64,000 nt of DNA from Hydrolagus colliei. Taxonomy: Eukaryota. The stretch lies in assembly GCA_035084275.1 (NCBI GenBank), contig CM068743.1, positions 40,734,001 through 40,798,000 of the forward strand. Direction: 5' to 3'. The translations under genes were made by a program, and so were the position numbers. The notes under the pieces are model-generated. The model saw only the letters and a list, made by a program, of their open reading frames with translations, did no database searches and was not told where the DNA came from. This document shows positions 1 to 12,312 of this stretch, in pieces (position 1 is the stretch's first letter; every line of letters starts with the position of its first letter).

Positions 1-971
1 GGTTACACTGGGCTTCAGAAACATGACTGGGTGTGAAAGGGCTTTCAAATTCTAACACAGATATTAGATTGGTTTGAACATTTGTGAGGCTGGTACTGGT
101 TTGGCATGGAGGGTGCAATAGAAATCCAAGTTGTTGTTATTGTTGTTGTTGGTACTATAATAATCGTGCATTCGATATAGCGGCTTAACACGTCTTCAAG
201 ACGTCTCACAACACTTTGTAGAATGTTCTCTTGATGTCTTTTATCATGCAGCACTGAGCTAGGGCTTCATTCAAACTGAATTTTGACTAGTTAGCTATTG
301 TGAGATGAAACTATCTTTGGGCTTCAGTTAAATTATCCTCCTCACTCCTGCACACCTTATATAGTGACTTGCAGGCCATCAGCTAATTGTTGAATGGCAC
401 TGATTCAGCAGTTTTGGACGAGAGCAAACGTCATAATGAAGGTTAGAGTATTATTAATAACAATAATCCTTGCATTTGATACAGCGTATTTCACATCTTC
501 TATACATCTCAAAGTGCCTCACAGAATATCCTGTAAAGTGAATTGACTGTATATTTGTGGACGAAACGTGACTGCCAATTGCCCACAGCAGTGTTGGATT
601 CATAGCTCAATCCTAAAAATAATTAAATGGTGATCAGGTATTGTAAATGTACAATAGACGTAAAAGCAAGTTCTGGTTATAATAGTATAAGTAGGTTCTA
701 GTTAGAACAGTGGGTTTTTGATCTATCGACACAGATTCAGTGATATAATAGGCTAGTTATATGGACTGTGACATCGTATGCTTTCGGCCACAGTATTGAT
801 GCCTATTTTAGCAGGAGTTTACGAGGATACAAAGTGGACATTATATCTATCACTATACTCCATGTGGTTTCCATCGAGTTGGATTGGATGAATCGTATAT
901 GCATTTGAATCAATTAGGTTTGGCTAATTTGTAAAATTTACCGTCAGAAATAAAGTTAGTGTCTCCCTCAG

Positions 972-1238
972 CGCTACCTGTGCTTTTCAAACGAGAGCTT
1001 CTGAACGTAGAGGCCGAAAAGGATGGTACAGCCACCCTAAGCTGTGAGGTTAGCAAACCTGACGTCCCAGTGACGTGGAGGAGGGGATCTGTAGAGCTTC
1101 ACTCCAGCGACAAGTATAAAATGAAGCAGAAAGGTTCCAGCGTTGAGTTAGTTATCCACAAGCTGAAGATGGAAGATGCTGGAGATTACACCTGCAGCAC
1201 TGGGGACCAGCAGAGCTCGGCTACATTGAAAGTCAAGG
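972..1238 (+). CDS. OBSCN: Exon 1 in window, Ig type A
   Basis: AG/GT-bounded, 267 bp, phase 1-1; LPVLFKRELL...DYTC...LKVK. Confidence 0.92.
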
Positions 1239-1423
1239 GTAGGAAGACAAATCTTACTCATTATAATTCCAATGTTGTTTATTTTCACTACAAAGTTTCT
1301 CATGGAAATCTTCATCGTCATCACACATGGCGTTTATTCTCCCTTACCTGTTCATGGACTGTCAGAAATCTCTTTAATATTAGGAAAGTGTATCATCATG
1401 AATAAAATTACTGTCTCCCTCAG

Positions 1424-1690
1424 CTCTACCTGTGCTTTTCAAACGAGAACTTCAGAACATAGAGGCTGAAGAGGATGGTACGGCCACCCTGAACTGTGAG
1501 GTTACTAAACCAGGCGTCCCAGTGACGTGGAGGAGGGGATCTGTGGGGCTTCACTCCAGCGACAAGTATAAAATGAAGCAGAAAGGTTGCAACGTTGAGT
1601 TAGTTATAGAGAAGCTGAAGCTGGAAGATGCTGGAGACTACACTTGCGATACAGGAGATCAGCAAAGCACTGCATCCTTGAAAGTGAAGG
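1424..1690 (+). CDS. OBSCN: Exon 2, Ig type A
   Basis: 267 bp, AG/GT, phase 1-1. Confidence 0.92.
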
Positions 1691-2004
1691 GTAGGACAAC
1701 AGTCCTCTATCTTCTATTCAATTCTATACTAATAAAATAATAATGTGTGTCTCTGTCTATCTGTCTGCCTGCCTGCGTCAGTCTCTCTGTATCTGTCTGT
1801 GCTTCAGGAAGTATCTCAATAACTGATGGACATAGAGACCGTATTTGTACCTCATCCGAAAGGTCTTGTGCCTGGGAGAGACAAGGGCCTAATTTTTTGT
1901 GGGGTGGGGGTTTGTTGTCACCTATCGTTCAAGATTTATGATCTAAACTGCATTTCAGTTTTGTGTTTCTTGCTGCAGTTTAGATCATAACCTTCTATTT
2001 AAAC

Positions 2005-2756
2005 TAGGGTCCGTCGATATGGAAATTTTCCGATTTAGATATATCGATGGGCTCATATCGAGATATACCGATATATCGATATTTTCGGGGTTTTTGTACT
2101 GCGCATGTGCGCACGTCGCGAGTGGCGCGTGCATTCGCGGTGCATGCGCATTCGGAGGTGTGTGCGCATTCGGGGCCTATCTCCTCAGGAGGTAAATATC
2201 TTTCTCTTTGTGTCTCACACTATCACTCTCTCCATCTCTGTGTTTTTCTGTCTGTGTCTCTGTGTCCCTCCTCTCTCACATCCTCCCCACCTCTCTCTCT
2301 CTCTGTTTCTCTCTCTCTCTGTCTGTCTGTCTGTCTGTTATCACATCCCCCCCATCTTCCCCCCCACCGTCTGTCCCCCCCCCCCCCCACCGTCCGTCTC
2401 TCCCCCCCCCCCCCGCCGCCGTCCCTCTCTCCCTGCCCCCCCCCCCCCCCCATCGCCGTCCCTCTCTTCCCCCCCCACCACTCCCCACCATCTCTCTCCC
2501 CCCACCACCCCACCCCTTGCATACCTGTATATTGTATTCGAGGACTATGAATACAATATGGCAGCTTGCACCTCGGTCTGTGCATTGTGTATAGAGATGA
2601 GCATTCTGGGTCTTGTAGTTCAGTGCGCGCACATTCCGATTTTTTCGATATATCGACTTTTTCGATATATCGATATTTTGAAAATGTTTATATCGGCGTA
2701 TCGATATGAAGATTATATCGGATATAATCAGTATATCGATATATCGCCGGACCCTA
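2005..2756. mobile_element. hAT-type non-autonomous DNA transposon, copy 1
   Basis: Ends TAGGGTCCG...CGGACCCTA; 8-bp TSD ATTTAAAC/ATTTAGAC; ATCGAT-rich subtermini; absent from the paralogous intron. Confidence 0.88.
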
Positions 2757-2864
2757 ATTTAGACCTTTGCTCCCTCCTCCTGGCTGGGATTTAAATGTTA
2801 AATGCTCCGAGATGCTGGCCTGGTGGCGCTATATAAATGCAGGTTTCTGTTGTTGTCTAATAAC

Positions 2865-3440
2865 TAATGGGGCAGGAGTTTCAATCTAGTGACTATAGCA
2901 GGAAGATATAGATAAAATGGTAAAGTGGGCAGACACATGGCAGATGACTAAGTGGAGAGAAGTGTGAGGTGATACATTTTAGGAGAAGAAATGAGGGGAG
3001 GCAATATAGGCTAGATAGTACAATTTTAAGGGGTGTGAGGGAACAGAGAGACTTGGGGATTTGTGTTAGTGACTCTTTGAAGAGTAGACAGGTAGACAAA
3101 GTTGTTACAAAGGCATATATGGCTTGATAAATAGGGGTATATAGTACAAAAGTCAGGAAGTGCTGACTAACCTCTATAAAACTTTGGTTAGGCCTCAGCT
3201 GGAGTACTGTATTCAATTCTGATCACCACATTGTAGAAAGAATGTTAAGGCATTGGAAAAGGTGCAAAGAAGGTTTACTAGAATGGTACCAGGATTGAGG
3301 GACTTCAGTTATCTAGATAGGCTAGGTTTACTCTCCTTGGAACAGAGAAGGTTGAGAGGAGACCTAATAGAGGTTTATAAAATCATGAGGGGATTCGACA
3401 GGGTGAATAAGGAAAAACTGTTTCCACTGGTGGGCGAGAA
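2865..3440 (+). mobile_element. CR1-clade LINE 3' fragment
   Basis: LEKVQRRFTRMVPGL...LEQRRLRGDLIEVYKIM, CR1 ORF2 C-terminal motifs; decayed. Confidence 0.88.
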
Positions 3441-3504
3441 TGGATTGCATTAAGAATCAGATGGAAATCTCTGCCATCACCAATTGAATTACTGTCTCCT
3501 CCAG

Positions 3505-3771
3505 CTCTGCCTGTGCTTTTCAAACGAGAACTTCTGAACGTAGAGGCTGAAGAGGATGGTACGGCCACCCTGAGCTGTGAGGTTACCAAACCTGACGTCC
3601 CAGTGACATGGAGGAGGGGATCTGTGGGGCTTCACTCCAGCAACAAGTATAAAATGAAGCAGAAAGGTTGCAGCGTTGAGTTGGTTATTCACCAACTAAA
3701 GCTGGAAGATGCTGGAGATTACACCTGTGACACTGGGGACAAGCAGAGCTCGGCTACATTGAAAGTCAAGG
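3505..3771 (+). CDS. OBSCN: Exon 3, Ig type A
   Basis: 267 bp, AG/GT, phase 1-1. Confidence 0.92.
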
Positions 3772-3955
3772 GTAGGATGACAAATCTTACTAATTATAAT
3801 TCCAATGTTATTTATTTTCACCATAAAGTTTCTCATGGAAATCTTCATCGTCATCACACATGGCGTTTGTTCTCACTACCTGTTCATGGACTGTCAGAAA
3901 TCTCTTTAATGTTAGGAAAGTGTATCATCATCCATAAAATTACTGTCTCCCTCAG

Positions 3956-4222
3956 CGCTACCTGTGCTTTTCAAACGAGAGCTTCTGAACGTAGAGGCTG
4001 AAGAGGATGGTACGGCCACCCTGAGCTGTGAGGTTACCAAACCTGACGTCCCAGTGAGGTGGAGGAGGGGATCTGTGGAGCTTCACTCCAGCAACAAGTA
4101 TAAAATGAAGCAGAAACGTTGCAGCGTTGAGTTAGTTATTCACCAACTGAAGCTGGAAGATGCTGGAGATTACACCTGTGACACTGGGGACCGGCAGAGC
4201 TTGGCTACATTGAAAGTAAAGG
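3956..4222 (+). CDS. OBSCN: Exon 4, Ig type A
   Basis: 267 bp, AG/GT, phase 1-1. Confidence 0.92.
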
Positions 4223-5273
4223 GTAGGACGTTCATCATTATTCCCCCAAAACTAAATCATTCTTGATCCTCAACATTAATAAATGTTTTACAAAGCTCAT
4301 CACCTTGTAACCTCAAACACAATCACTCAACCGTTTCCTTTCTTACTCGACGGTTACCCTGGGCTTCAGAAACATGACTGTTTGTGAATGGGCTTTCAAA
4401 CTGTAACACAGATATTAGATTGGTTTGTTTATTTGTGAGGCTGGTACTGGAGGGTGCTATAGAAATCCAAGTTGTTGTTGTTGGTACTATAATAATCGTG
4501 CATTCGATATAGCGCCTTAACACGTCTTCAAGACATCTCACAGCACTTTGTAGAATGTATCTTGATGTCTTTTATCATGCAGCACTGAGCTAGGGCTTCA
4601 TTCAAACTGAATTTTGACTAGTTAGCCATTGTGAAATGAAACTATCTTTGTGCTTCAGTTAAATTATCCTCTTCAGTCCCGCACACCTTATATTGTCACT
4701 TGCAGGCCATCAGGTAATGGTTGAATGGCACTGATCCAGCAGTTTTGGACGAGAGCAAACGTCATAGTGAAGGTTAGAGTATTATTAATAATAATAATCC
4801 TTGCATTTGATACAGAGTATTTCATGTCTTCTAACGTCTCAAAGTGCTTCACAGAATATCCTGTAAAGTGAATTGACTGTATATTTGTGGGCGAAACGTG
4901 ACAGCCAATTGCGCACAGCAAAATTGGATTCATAGCTCAATCGTAAAAATAATTAAATGGTGATCAGTTATTGTAAATGTACAATAGACGTAAAAGCAAG
5001 TTCTAGTTATAACAGTGGGTTTTTGGTCTATCGACACAGATTCAGTGATATAATAGATTAGTTATATGGACTGTGACATCCTATGCTTTGGGCCACAGTA
5101 TTAATGCCTATTTTAGCAGTTTACCAGGATACAAAGTGGACATTATATCTACCACTATACTCCATGTGGTTTCCATTGAGTTGGTTTGGGTGAATCGTAT
5201 GTGCATTTGAATTAATTAGGTTTGGTTAATTTGTAAAATCTACCTCCTGAAATAAAGTTACTGTCTCCCTCAG

Positions 5274-5540
5274 CGCTACCTGTGTTTTTCAAACGAGAGC
5301 TTCTGAACATAGAGGCCGAAGAGGATAGTACGGTCACCCTGAGCTGTGAGGTTACCAAACCTGACGTCCCAGTGACATGGAGAAGGGGATCTATGCGGCT
5401 TCACTCCAGCGACAAGTATAAAATGAAGCAGAAAGGTTCCAGCGTTGAGTTAGTTATTCACAAGCTGAATATGGAAGATGCTGGAGATTACACCTGTGAC
5501 ACTGGGGACCAGCAGAGCTCGGCTACATTGAAAGTCAAGG
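5274..5540 (+). CDS. OBSCN: Exon 5, Ig type A
   Basis: 267 bp, AG/GT, phase 1-1. Confidence 0.92.
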
Positions 5541-5724
5541 GTAGGAAGACAAATCTTACTCATTATAATACTAATGTTATTTATTTTCAACACAATGTTT
5601 CTCATGGAAATTTTCATCGTCATCACACATAGCATGTGTTCTCATTATCTGTTCATGAACTGTCAGAAATCTCTTTAATGTTGGGAAAGTGTATTATCAT
5701 GAATAAAATTACTGTCTCCCTCAG

Positions 5725-5991
5725 CGCTACCTGTGCTTTTCAAACAAGAACTTCAGAACGTAGAGGCTGAAGAGGATGGTATGGCCATCCTGAGCTGTGA
5801 GGTTACTAAACCAGATGTTCCAGTGATGTGGAGGAAGGGATCTGTGGGGCTTCACTCCAGTGACAAGTATAAAATGAAGCAGAAAGCTTGCAGCGTTGAG
5901 TTAGTTATTCACAAGCTGAAGATGGAAGATGCTGGAGATTACACCTGTGACATTGGAGACCGGCAGAGCTCGGCTACATTGAAAGTCAAGG
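5725..5991 (+). CDS. OBSCN: Exon 6, Ig type A
   Basis: 267 bp, AG/GT, phase 1-1. Confidence 0.92.
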
Positions 5992-7044
5992 GTAGGACGT
6001 TCATCATTATTCCCCCAAAACTAAACCATTCTTGATCCTCATCATTAATAAATGTTTTACAAAGTTCATCACCTTCTAACCTCAAACACAATCACTCAAC
6101 TGTTTCCTTTCTTTCTCGACGGTTACCCTGGGCTTCAGAAACATGACTGTGTGTGAAAGGCGCTTTTAAACTGTAACACAGATATTAGATTGGTTTGAAC
6201 ATTTGTGAGGCTGGTAATGGTTTGGCATGGAGGGTGCAATAGAAATCCAAGTTGTTGTTATTGTTGTTGTTGGTACTATAATAATCGTGCATTCGATATA
6301 GCGGCTTAACACGTCTTCAAGACGTCTCACAACACTTTGTAGAATGTACTCTTGATGTCTTTTATCATGCAGCACTGAGCTAGGGCTTCATTCAAACTGA
6401 ATTCTGACAGTTAGCCATTGTGAGATGAAACTATTTTTGTGCTTCATTTAAATTATACTCTTCAGTCCTGCACATCTTATATAATCACTTGCAGGCCATC
6501 AGCTAATCGTTGAATGGCACTGATTCAGCAGTTTTCGACGAGAGCAAACATCATAGTGAAGGTTAGAGTATTAATAATAATCCTTCCATTTGATATGTAT
6601 TTCACATCTTCTAGACGTCTCAAAGTGCAGAATAGAATATCCTGAAGTGAATTGACTGTATATTTGTGGGCGAAACGTGACACCTAAATGCGCACAGCAA
6701 AATTGGATTCATAGCTCAATCCTAAAAATAATTAAATGGTGATCAGTTATTGTAAATGTACAATAGATGTAATAGCAAGTACAGTGTACAGTTAGTTCAC
6801 AGATTCAGTGTCGATAGACCAATATATAATAATAGACAAGTTATATGGACTGTGACATCCTATGCTTTGGGTCACAGTATTAATGCCTATTTTACCAGGA
6901 TATAAAGTGAACATTATATCTACCACTATATTCCATGTAGTTTCCATCGAGTTGGTTTGGGTGAATCGTATGTGCATTTGAATCAATTAGGTTTGGTTAA
7001 TTTGTAATATGTACCGTCAGAAATAAAGTTACTGTCTCCCTCAG

Positions 7045-7311
7045 CGTTACCTGTGCTTTTCAAACAAGAGCTTCTGAACGTAGAGGCTGAAGAGGATGGT
7101 ACGGCCACCCTGAACTGTGAGGTTACCAAACCCGACGTCCCAGTGACGTGGAGGAAGGGATCTGTGGGGCTTCACTCCAGTGACAAGTATAAAACGAAGC
7201 AGAAAGGTTATAGCATTGAGTTAGTTATTCACAAGCTGAAGATGGAAGATGCTGGAGATTACACCTGCGATACAGGAGATCAGCAAAGCACTGCGTCCTT
7301 GAAAGTGAATG
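7045..7311 (+). CDS. OBSCN: Exon 7, Ig type A
   Basis: 267 bp, AG/GT, phase 1-1. Confidence 0.92.
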
Positions 7312-7739
7312 GTAGGACAACAGTCCTCTATCTATCTTTTCTCCTCTTCTGTATTAATAAAACAATAATGTGTGTTTCTGTCTGTCTGTTTGTCTGTCTG
7401 CGTCAGTCTCTGTGTATCTGTCTGTGCTTCGGGAAGTATCTCAATAACTGATGGACATAGAGACTGTATTTATACCTCATCCGAAAGGTCTTGCGGCTAG
7501 GACTGGCAAGGGCCTATTTTTGGGGGGGAGGTGGGTTGTTGTTATCGCCTATCGTTCAAGATTGATGACCTAAAATGCATTTCAGTTTTGCGCTTCTCGC
7601 TGCAGTTTAGATCATGACCTTCTATATAGACCTTTCCTCCCTCCTCATGGCTGGGATTTAGTCTTCGCCAATGTTAAACGCTCCGATTCGCTGGCCTGGT
7701 GGCGCTATATAAATGTAGTTTTCTGTTATTGTCTTAATA

Positions 7740-8627
7740 ACTGAGGGAGCAGGAGTTTCAATCTAATGACTGTAGCAAGAAGATATAGATAAAATGATAA
7801 AGTGGGCAGATATATGGCGAATAAAGTTTAATGCAGAGAAGTGTGAGATGATACATTTTGGGAGAAGAAATGAGGGGAGGCAATATAGGCTAGATAATAC
7901 AATTTTAAGGGGTGTGAGGGAAAAGAGAGACCTGGTGATTTGTGTTAGTGACTCTTTGAAGGTGGTAGGACAGGTAGACAAAGCTGTTAAGAAGGCATAT
8001 GGCTTGATTAATAGGGATATAGAGTACAAAAGTCAGGAAGTGCTGACTAACCTCTGTAAAACTTTGGTTAGGCCTCAGCTGAAGTACTGTATCCAATTCT
8101 GATCACCACACTATGGAAAGAATGTTAAGACATTGGAAAAAGTGAAAAGAAGATTTACTAGAATGGTACCGGATTGAGGGACTTCAGTTATGGGGAAAGG
8201 TTAGATAGGCTAGGTTTATTCTCTTTGGAACAGAGAAGGTTGAGAGGAGACCTAATAGAGGTTTATAAAATCATGAGGCGATTCGACAGGGTGAATAAGG
8301 AAATACTGTTTCCACTCGTGGGTGAATCTGTGACTCGTGGTCACAGATTTAAAATAGTTTCAAAACAAAGCAGAGGGGAGCTGAGGAGAAATGTTTTCAC
8401 TTAGCGGGGTGTTCGAATCTGGAATGCATTGCCTGAAAAGGTGTTGGAGGCCGATTCGATAACAGCTTTTAAAAGGGAATTAGATCTTTATTTCGGGAGA
8501 ACAGATCTGTTAGGTTATGGGGCGAGAGCTGGGCAGTGGGATTGAGTTGCTCTTTTTACAGAGCCGGCACAGACTAGATGGGCTGAATGGCCTCCTTTTG
8601 TGCCGTAAAATTCGATGATTCTATGAC
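7740..8627 (+). mobile_element. CR1-clade LINE 3' fragment with terminus (paralog of 2865-3440)
   Basis: Same motifs; ends GATGGGCTGAATGGCCTCC...GATTCTATGA. Confidence 0.9.
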
Positions 8628-8905
8628 TTGTGGACCTTACCTTTGATTTAAAGAATGAAGAAGGCTCAACAGAGAAAGACAATCTTCCTTATTCACAGTT
8701 AAGATCTCTATCTTAGTGCAGCAGATCCTGATTTAACTCCGAACAATGTAAAACTCATTCGGAAACAATAAAGTAGATAGAATTGAAGCTGCAAGTAGGA
8801 GTATAAATTGTATGGCAGGAATTCCTTACAGTGGATTTGAATGGATTGAATTCAGAATCGGATAGAAATCTCTGCCATCACCAATTGAATTACTGTCTCC
8901 CCCAG

Positions 8906-9172
8906 CCCTGCCTGTGCTTTTCAAACAAGAACTTCAGAATGTAGAGGCTGAAGAGGATGGTACGGCCACCCTGAGCTGTGAGGTCACCAAACCTGATGTC
9001 CCAGTGACGTGGAGGAGGGGATCTGTGGGGCTTCACTCCAGCGACAAGTATAAACAGAAGCAGAAAGGTTGCAACATTGAGTTAGTTATACAGAAACTAA
9101 CACTGGAAGATGCTGGAGATTACACCTGTGACATTGGGGACCGGCAGAGCTCGGCTACATTGAAAGTCAAGG
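8906..9172 (+). CDS. OBSCN: Exon 8, Ig type A
   Basis: 267 bp, AG/GT, phase 1-1. Confidence 0.92.
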
Positions 9173-9458
9173 GTAGGACTTTCATCATTACTCCCCCAAA
9201 CTAAATCATTCTTGATCCTCATCATTAATAAATGTTTGGGAAGGTTAGAGTATTCGATTCATAGCTCAATCCTAAAACTAAAGCTCATTCAAAGGTGATG
9301 GGTTATTGCAAATGTACAATAGATGTACAGTAGTAGCAAGTACTGTGTACTATTGGTACTAGTTATAATAGTGCGGTATTGGTCTATCGACACATATTCA
9401 GTGTTATAATAGACTAGTTATGTGGATCCTATGTTTCGGGCCACAGTATTAATGCCTA

Positions 9459-9942
9459 AAACAAAACACAAAATGCAGATGCTGGAAATCTGAAACAAAA
9501 ACAGAGAGATCTGGGAAAACTCAGCAGGTCAGGCAGCATCTATGGAGAAAGGAAATTGAGTCAACGTTTCAGGTCCATGACCCTTTGTCACAACTGGGGC
9601 ATGTTGGAAGGGAAGTTTTTAAGGACACGTTGGAGAGGCGGAGGCAGGACAAGGAAAGCAAAGGAGAAAAAGAAGACAAAGGAGAAAATGTGTTCATTGA
9701 TGAGTCGTTATCACAAGGTGATAACGACTTAATAGAAAAAGAGGTGGGTTGAAACAAAACTGGGGAGAAGAGGTGTTAATAGTGAAGAGTAGATAGATAA
9801 GATGCTGTTCCTCAAGCTTTCGCTATGGATCATTGGAACAGCGCAGGAGACCAGGATGGAGAGGGCAGACTCTGAAACGGAGTGTGAATTGAAATGGAGG
9901 GAGACTGGAAGATTAGGGTTGTCCTTGCGTACAGAACAAATG
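9459..9942 (-). mobile_element. 5'-truncated Penelope-like element
   Basis: TSD AATGCCTA at 9451-9458 and 9943-9950. Minus-strand decayed peptide SVRKDNPNLPVSLHFNS...RKLEEQHLIY resembles the GIY-YIG C-terminus of Penelope-like elements. Confidence 0.78.
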
Positions 9943-10116
9943 AATGCCTATTTTAGCAGGAGATTACTAGGATACAAAGTGGACATTATATCTACCACTA
10001 TACTCCACGTGGTTTCCATTGAGTTGGTTTGGGTGAATTGTATGCGCATTTGAATCAATTAGGTTTGGTTAATTTGTAAAATCTACCGTGAGAAATAAAG
10101 TTACTGTCTCCCTCAG

Positions 10117-10383
10117 TGCTACCTGTGCTTTTCAAACGAGAGCTTCTGAACACAGAGGCTGAAGAGGATGGTACGACCACCCTGAGCTGTGAGGTTACCA
10201 AACCTGACGTCCCAGTGACGTGGAGGAGGGGATCTGTGGGGCTTCACTCCAGTGACAAGTATGAAATGAAGCAGAAAGGTTGCAGCATTGAGTTAGTTAT
10301 ACACAAGCTGAAGCTGGAAGATGCTGGCAGCTATAGCTGTGACTCTGGGGACCGGCAGACCAGTGCCTCCTTGAAAGTGAACG
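10117..10383 (+). CDS. OBSCN: Exon 9, Ig type A
   Basis: 267 bp, AG/GT, phase 1-1; 3' end more diverged (AGSYSCDSG). Confidence 0.92.
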
Positions 10384-10732
10384 GTAAGAGATTCTTATTT
10401 ATGTAGTGCTGGGGTCTCGGTGGCTTCCCAGCTGTGGTCCTCATGACAGGGCAACAATGAAGGAAAATTCAATAAAGGAACAGTTATTTGGTTGGCCGAC
10501 CATAAAGGTTGGCAACCACTGGTGCAGGAGATTTAAACCCTTGTCATTGTCAACCGGTGAGGTTCCGTTTTTGACAGGACTGTGTGAGCTGTGTATTTCA
10601 TGATCAACAATCATATCCATACCCAGCAACCCAGCAGGAATGCCCATGCTTTTATCTAGCGATGCTTTGCAGTTGGTAATTAATTTCTTATCCATTTGAA
10701 GTAAAGTTTTCACATTGTAAGTTGTGCCAATT

Positions 10733-11160
10733 AGAATCATAGAATCTTACGGCACAAAAGGAGGCCATTCGGCCCATCGAGTCTGTGCCGGCTCTTTAAA
10801 AAGAGCAATTTAACCCCACTCCCCAGCTCTCTTTCTATAACCTCGCAAACCCGTCTTCCCCAAATAATGTCTATCTCTCTTTTAAAAGTTGTTATCGAAT
10901 TGGCCTCCACCACCTCTTCAGGCAATGCATTCCAGATTCGAACAACTCGCTGAGTGAAACAAATTCTCCTCAGCTCCCCTCTGCTTCTTTTTGAAACTAT
11001 TTTAAATCTGTGACAATGAGTCACTGATACTCCCACCAATGGAAACAGTGTTTCCCTATCTACTCTGTTGAACCCCTCATGATATTAAGAACCTCTATTA
11101 GGTCTCCTTGCAACTTTCTCTGTTCCAATGAGAATAAACCTAGCCTCTCTAGCCTTTCCT
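10733..11160 (-). mobile_element. CR1 LINE 3' fragment
   Basis: FTQRVVRIWNALPEEVVEA; (ATTCT)-type tail. Confidence 0.88.
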
Positions 11161-11171
11161 TATTGAACTGA

Positions 11172-11830
11172 TAAGAACATAAGAATTAGGAGCAGGAGTA
11201 AGCCATTTGGCCCTTCGAGCTTGTTCCGCCATTCAATAAGATCATGGCTGATCTTCTCACCTAACTCTAATTACCTGCCCCATCCCCATATCCCCTAATC
11301 CCCCTATTTAAAAAAAAAATCTATCAGTCTCAGTCTTGAAAATGTTCAAGGACTGAGCATCTACAGCCTTCTGGGGGTAGTGAATTCCATAAATTCACTA
11401 CCCTCTGAGTGAAGAAATGTTTCCTCAACTCTGTTCCAAAAGGCTGACCCTTAATTTTAAGACTGTGACCCCTGGTTATAGATTCTCCTACCAGAGGAAA
11501 CAGTCCCTCAGTGTCTACTTTATCTAGCCCTTTAAGAATCTTATATGTTTCAATAAGATACCCCCTAATTCTTCTGTACTCCAGAGAATACAGCCCTAGT
11601 TTATTCAGCCTATCCTCATAGGTCAGTCCCCTCATCCCAGGAACTAACCTAGTGAATCTACGCTGCACCCCCTCTAAGGCAAGTATGTCATTTTTTAAAT
11701 AAGTAGACCAAAACTGCACACAGTTCTCTAGGTGCGGTCTCACAAAGCCCTATACAGTTGCAGCAAGACTTCCCTATTCTTATACTCTAAACCTTTTGAA
11801 ATGAACGCTAACATGCCGTTCGCCTTCTTA
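11172..11830 (-). mobile_element. CR1 LINE 3' fragment, second subfamily
   Basis: RPHLENCVQFWS...LEGVQRRFTRLVPG; CTTATGTTCTTA tail. Confidence 0.88.
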
Positions 11831-12312
11831 GTTGCTTGCTGCACCAAGGTACTATCTGTAGATAGGTGCATTTAGTGAGTTAATAGGAGTACCAAGGTTA
11901 TACTATAATAATGATGATCCTTGCATTTGATACAGCCTTTATCATGTCTTCTAACCATCTCAAAGCGCTTGGCAGAATATACTATAGAGTGAATTGACTA
12001 TATGTTGTGTGGGTGAACAATCCTGTTGTAATGCCAGTCAGTGTTGGAAACCGGGTGTACCCTGGTTCAAGATAGCAGTGGTTTAAGCAGATTTGTGCTA
12101 ACTGAGTTCCAACTTTATTTCAGTTCTTTATTTTGTCCATCAAGTTCTAGGCACAGTTCAAACCATACAATGAATTACTTCAAGAAATCCTATTTGATCC
12201 TGCCTGAAATCTGAACCACTTGAAGGGAGAGTTATATCCCTCCAATGCACATTTCAGCTCCATTCTTTCTAGTCCTAACATGGCCGTGCGTTTCTCACCC
12301 TAAATCACGCAG

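Larger units (their letters stand above)
1..10383 (+). repeat. Young tandem duplication array of Ig exons plus introns
   Basis: Intron X at 1-971 (partial), 4223-5273, 5992-7044, 9173-10116; intron S at 1239-1423, 3772-3955, 5541-5724; intron Y at 1691-3504, 7312-8905. Copies align by eye. Confidence 0.95.

Noticed and set aside
613-622. MEF2 site CTAAAAATAA (also 6722-6731)
   Set aside because: AT-rich motif likely by chance, next to a SINE remnant, and lost in two of the four paralogous introns.
7794-8404. Reverse-transcriptase-like ORFs as active genes (also 3253-3453, 10737-11039, 11330-11743)
   Set aside because: Short, frameshifted, 5'-truncated CR1 remnants.
1-10383. CRISPR-like or prokaryotic repeat array
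   Set aside because: The repeats are spliceosomal Ig exons with homologous introns, not repeat-spacer units.
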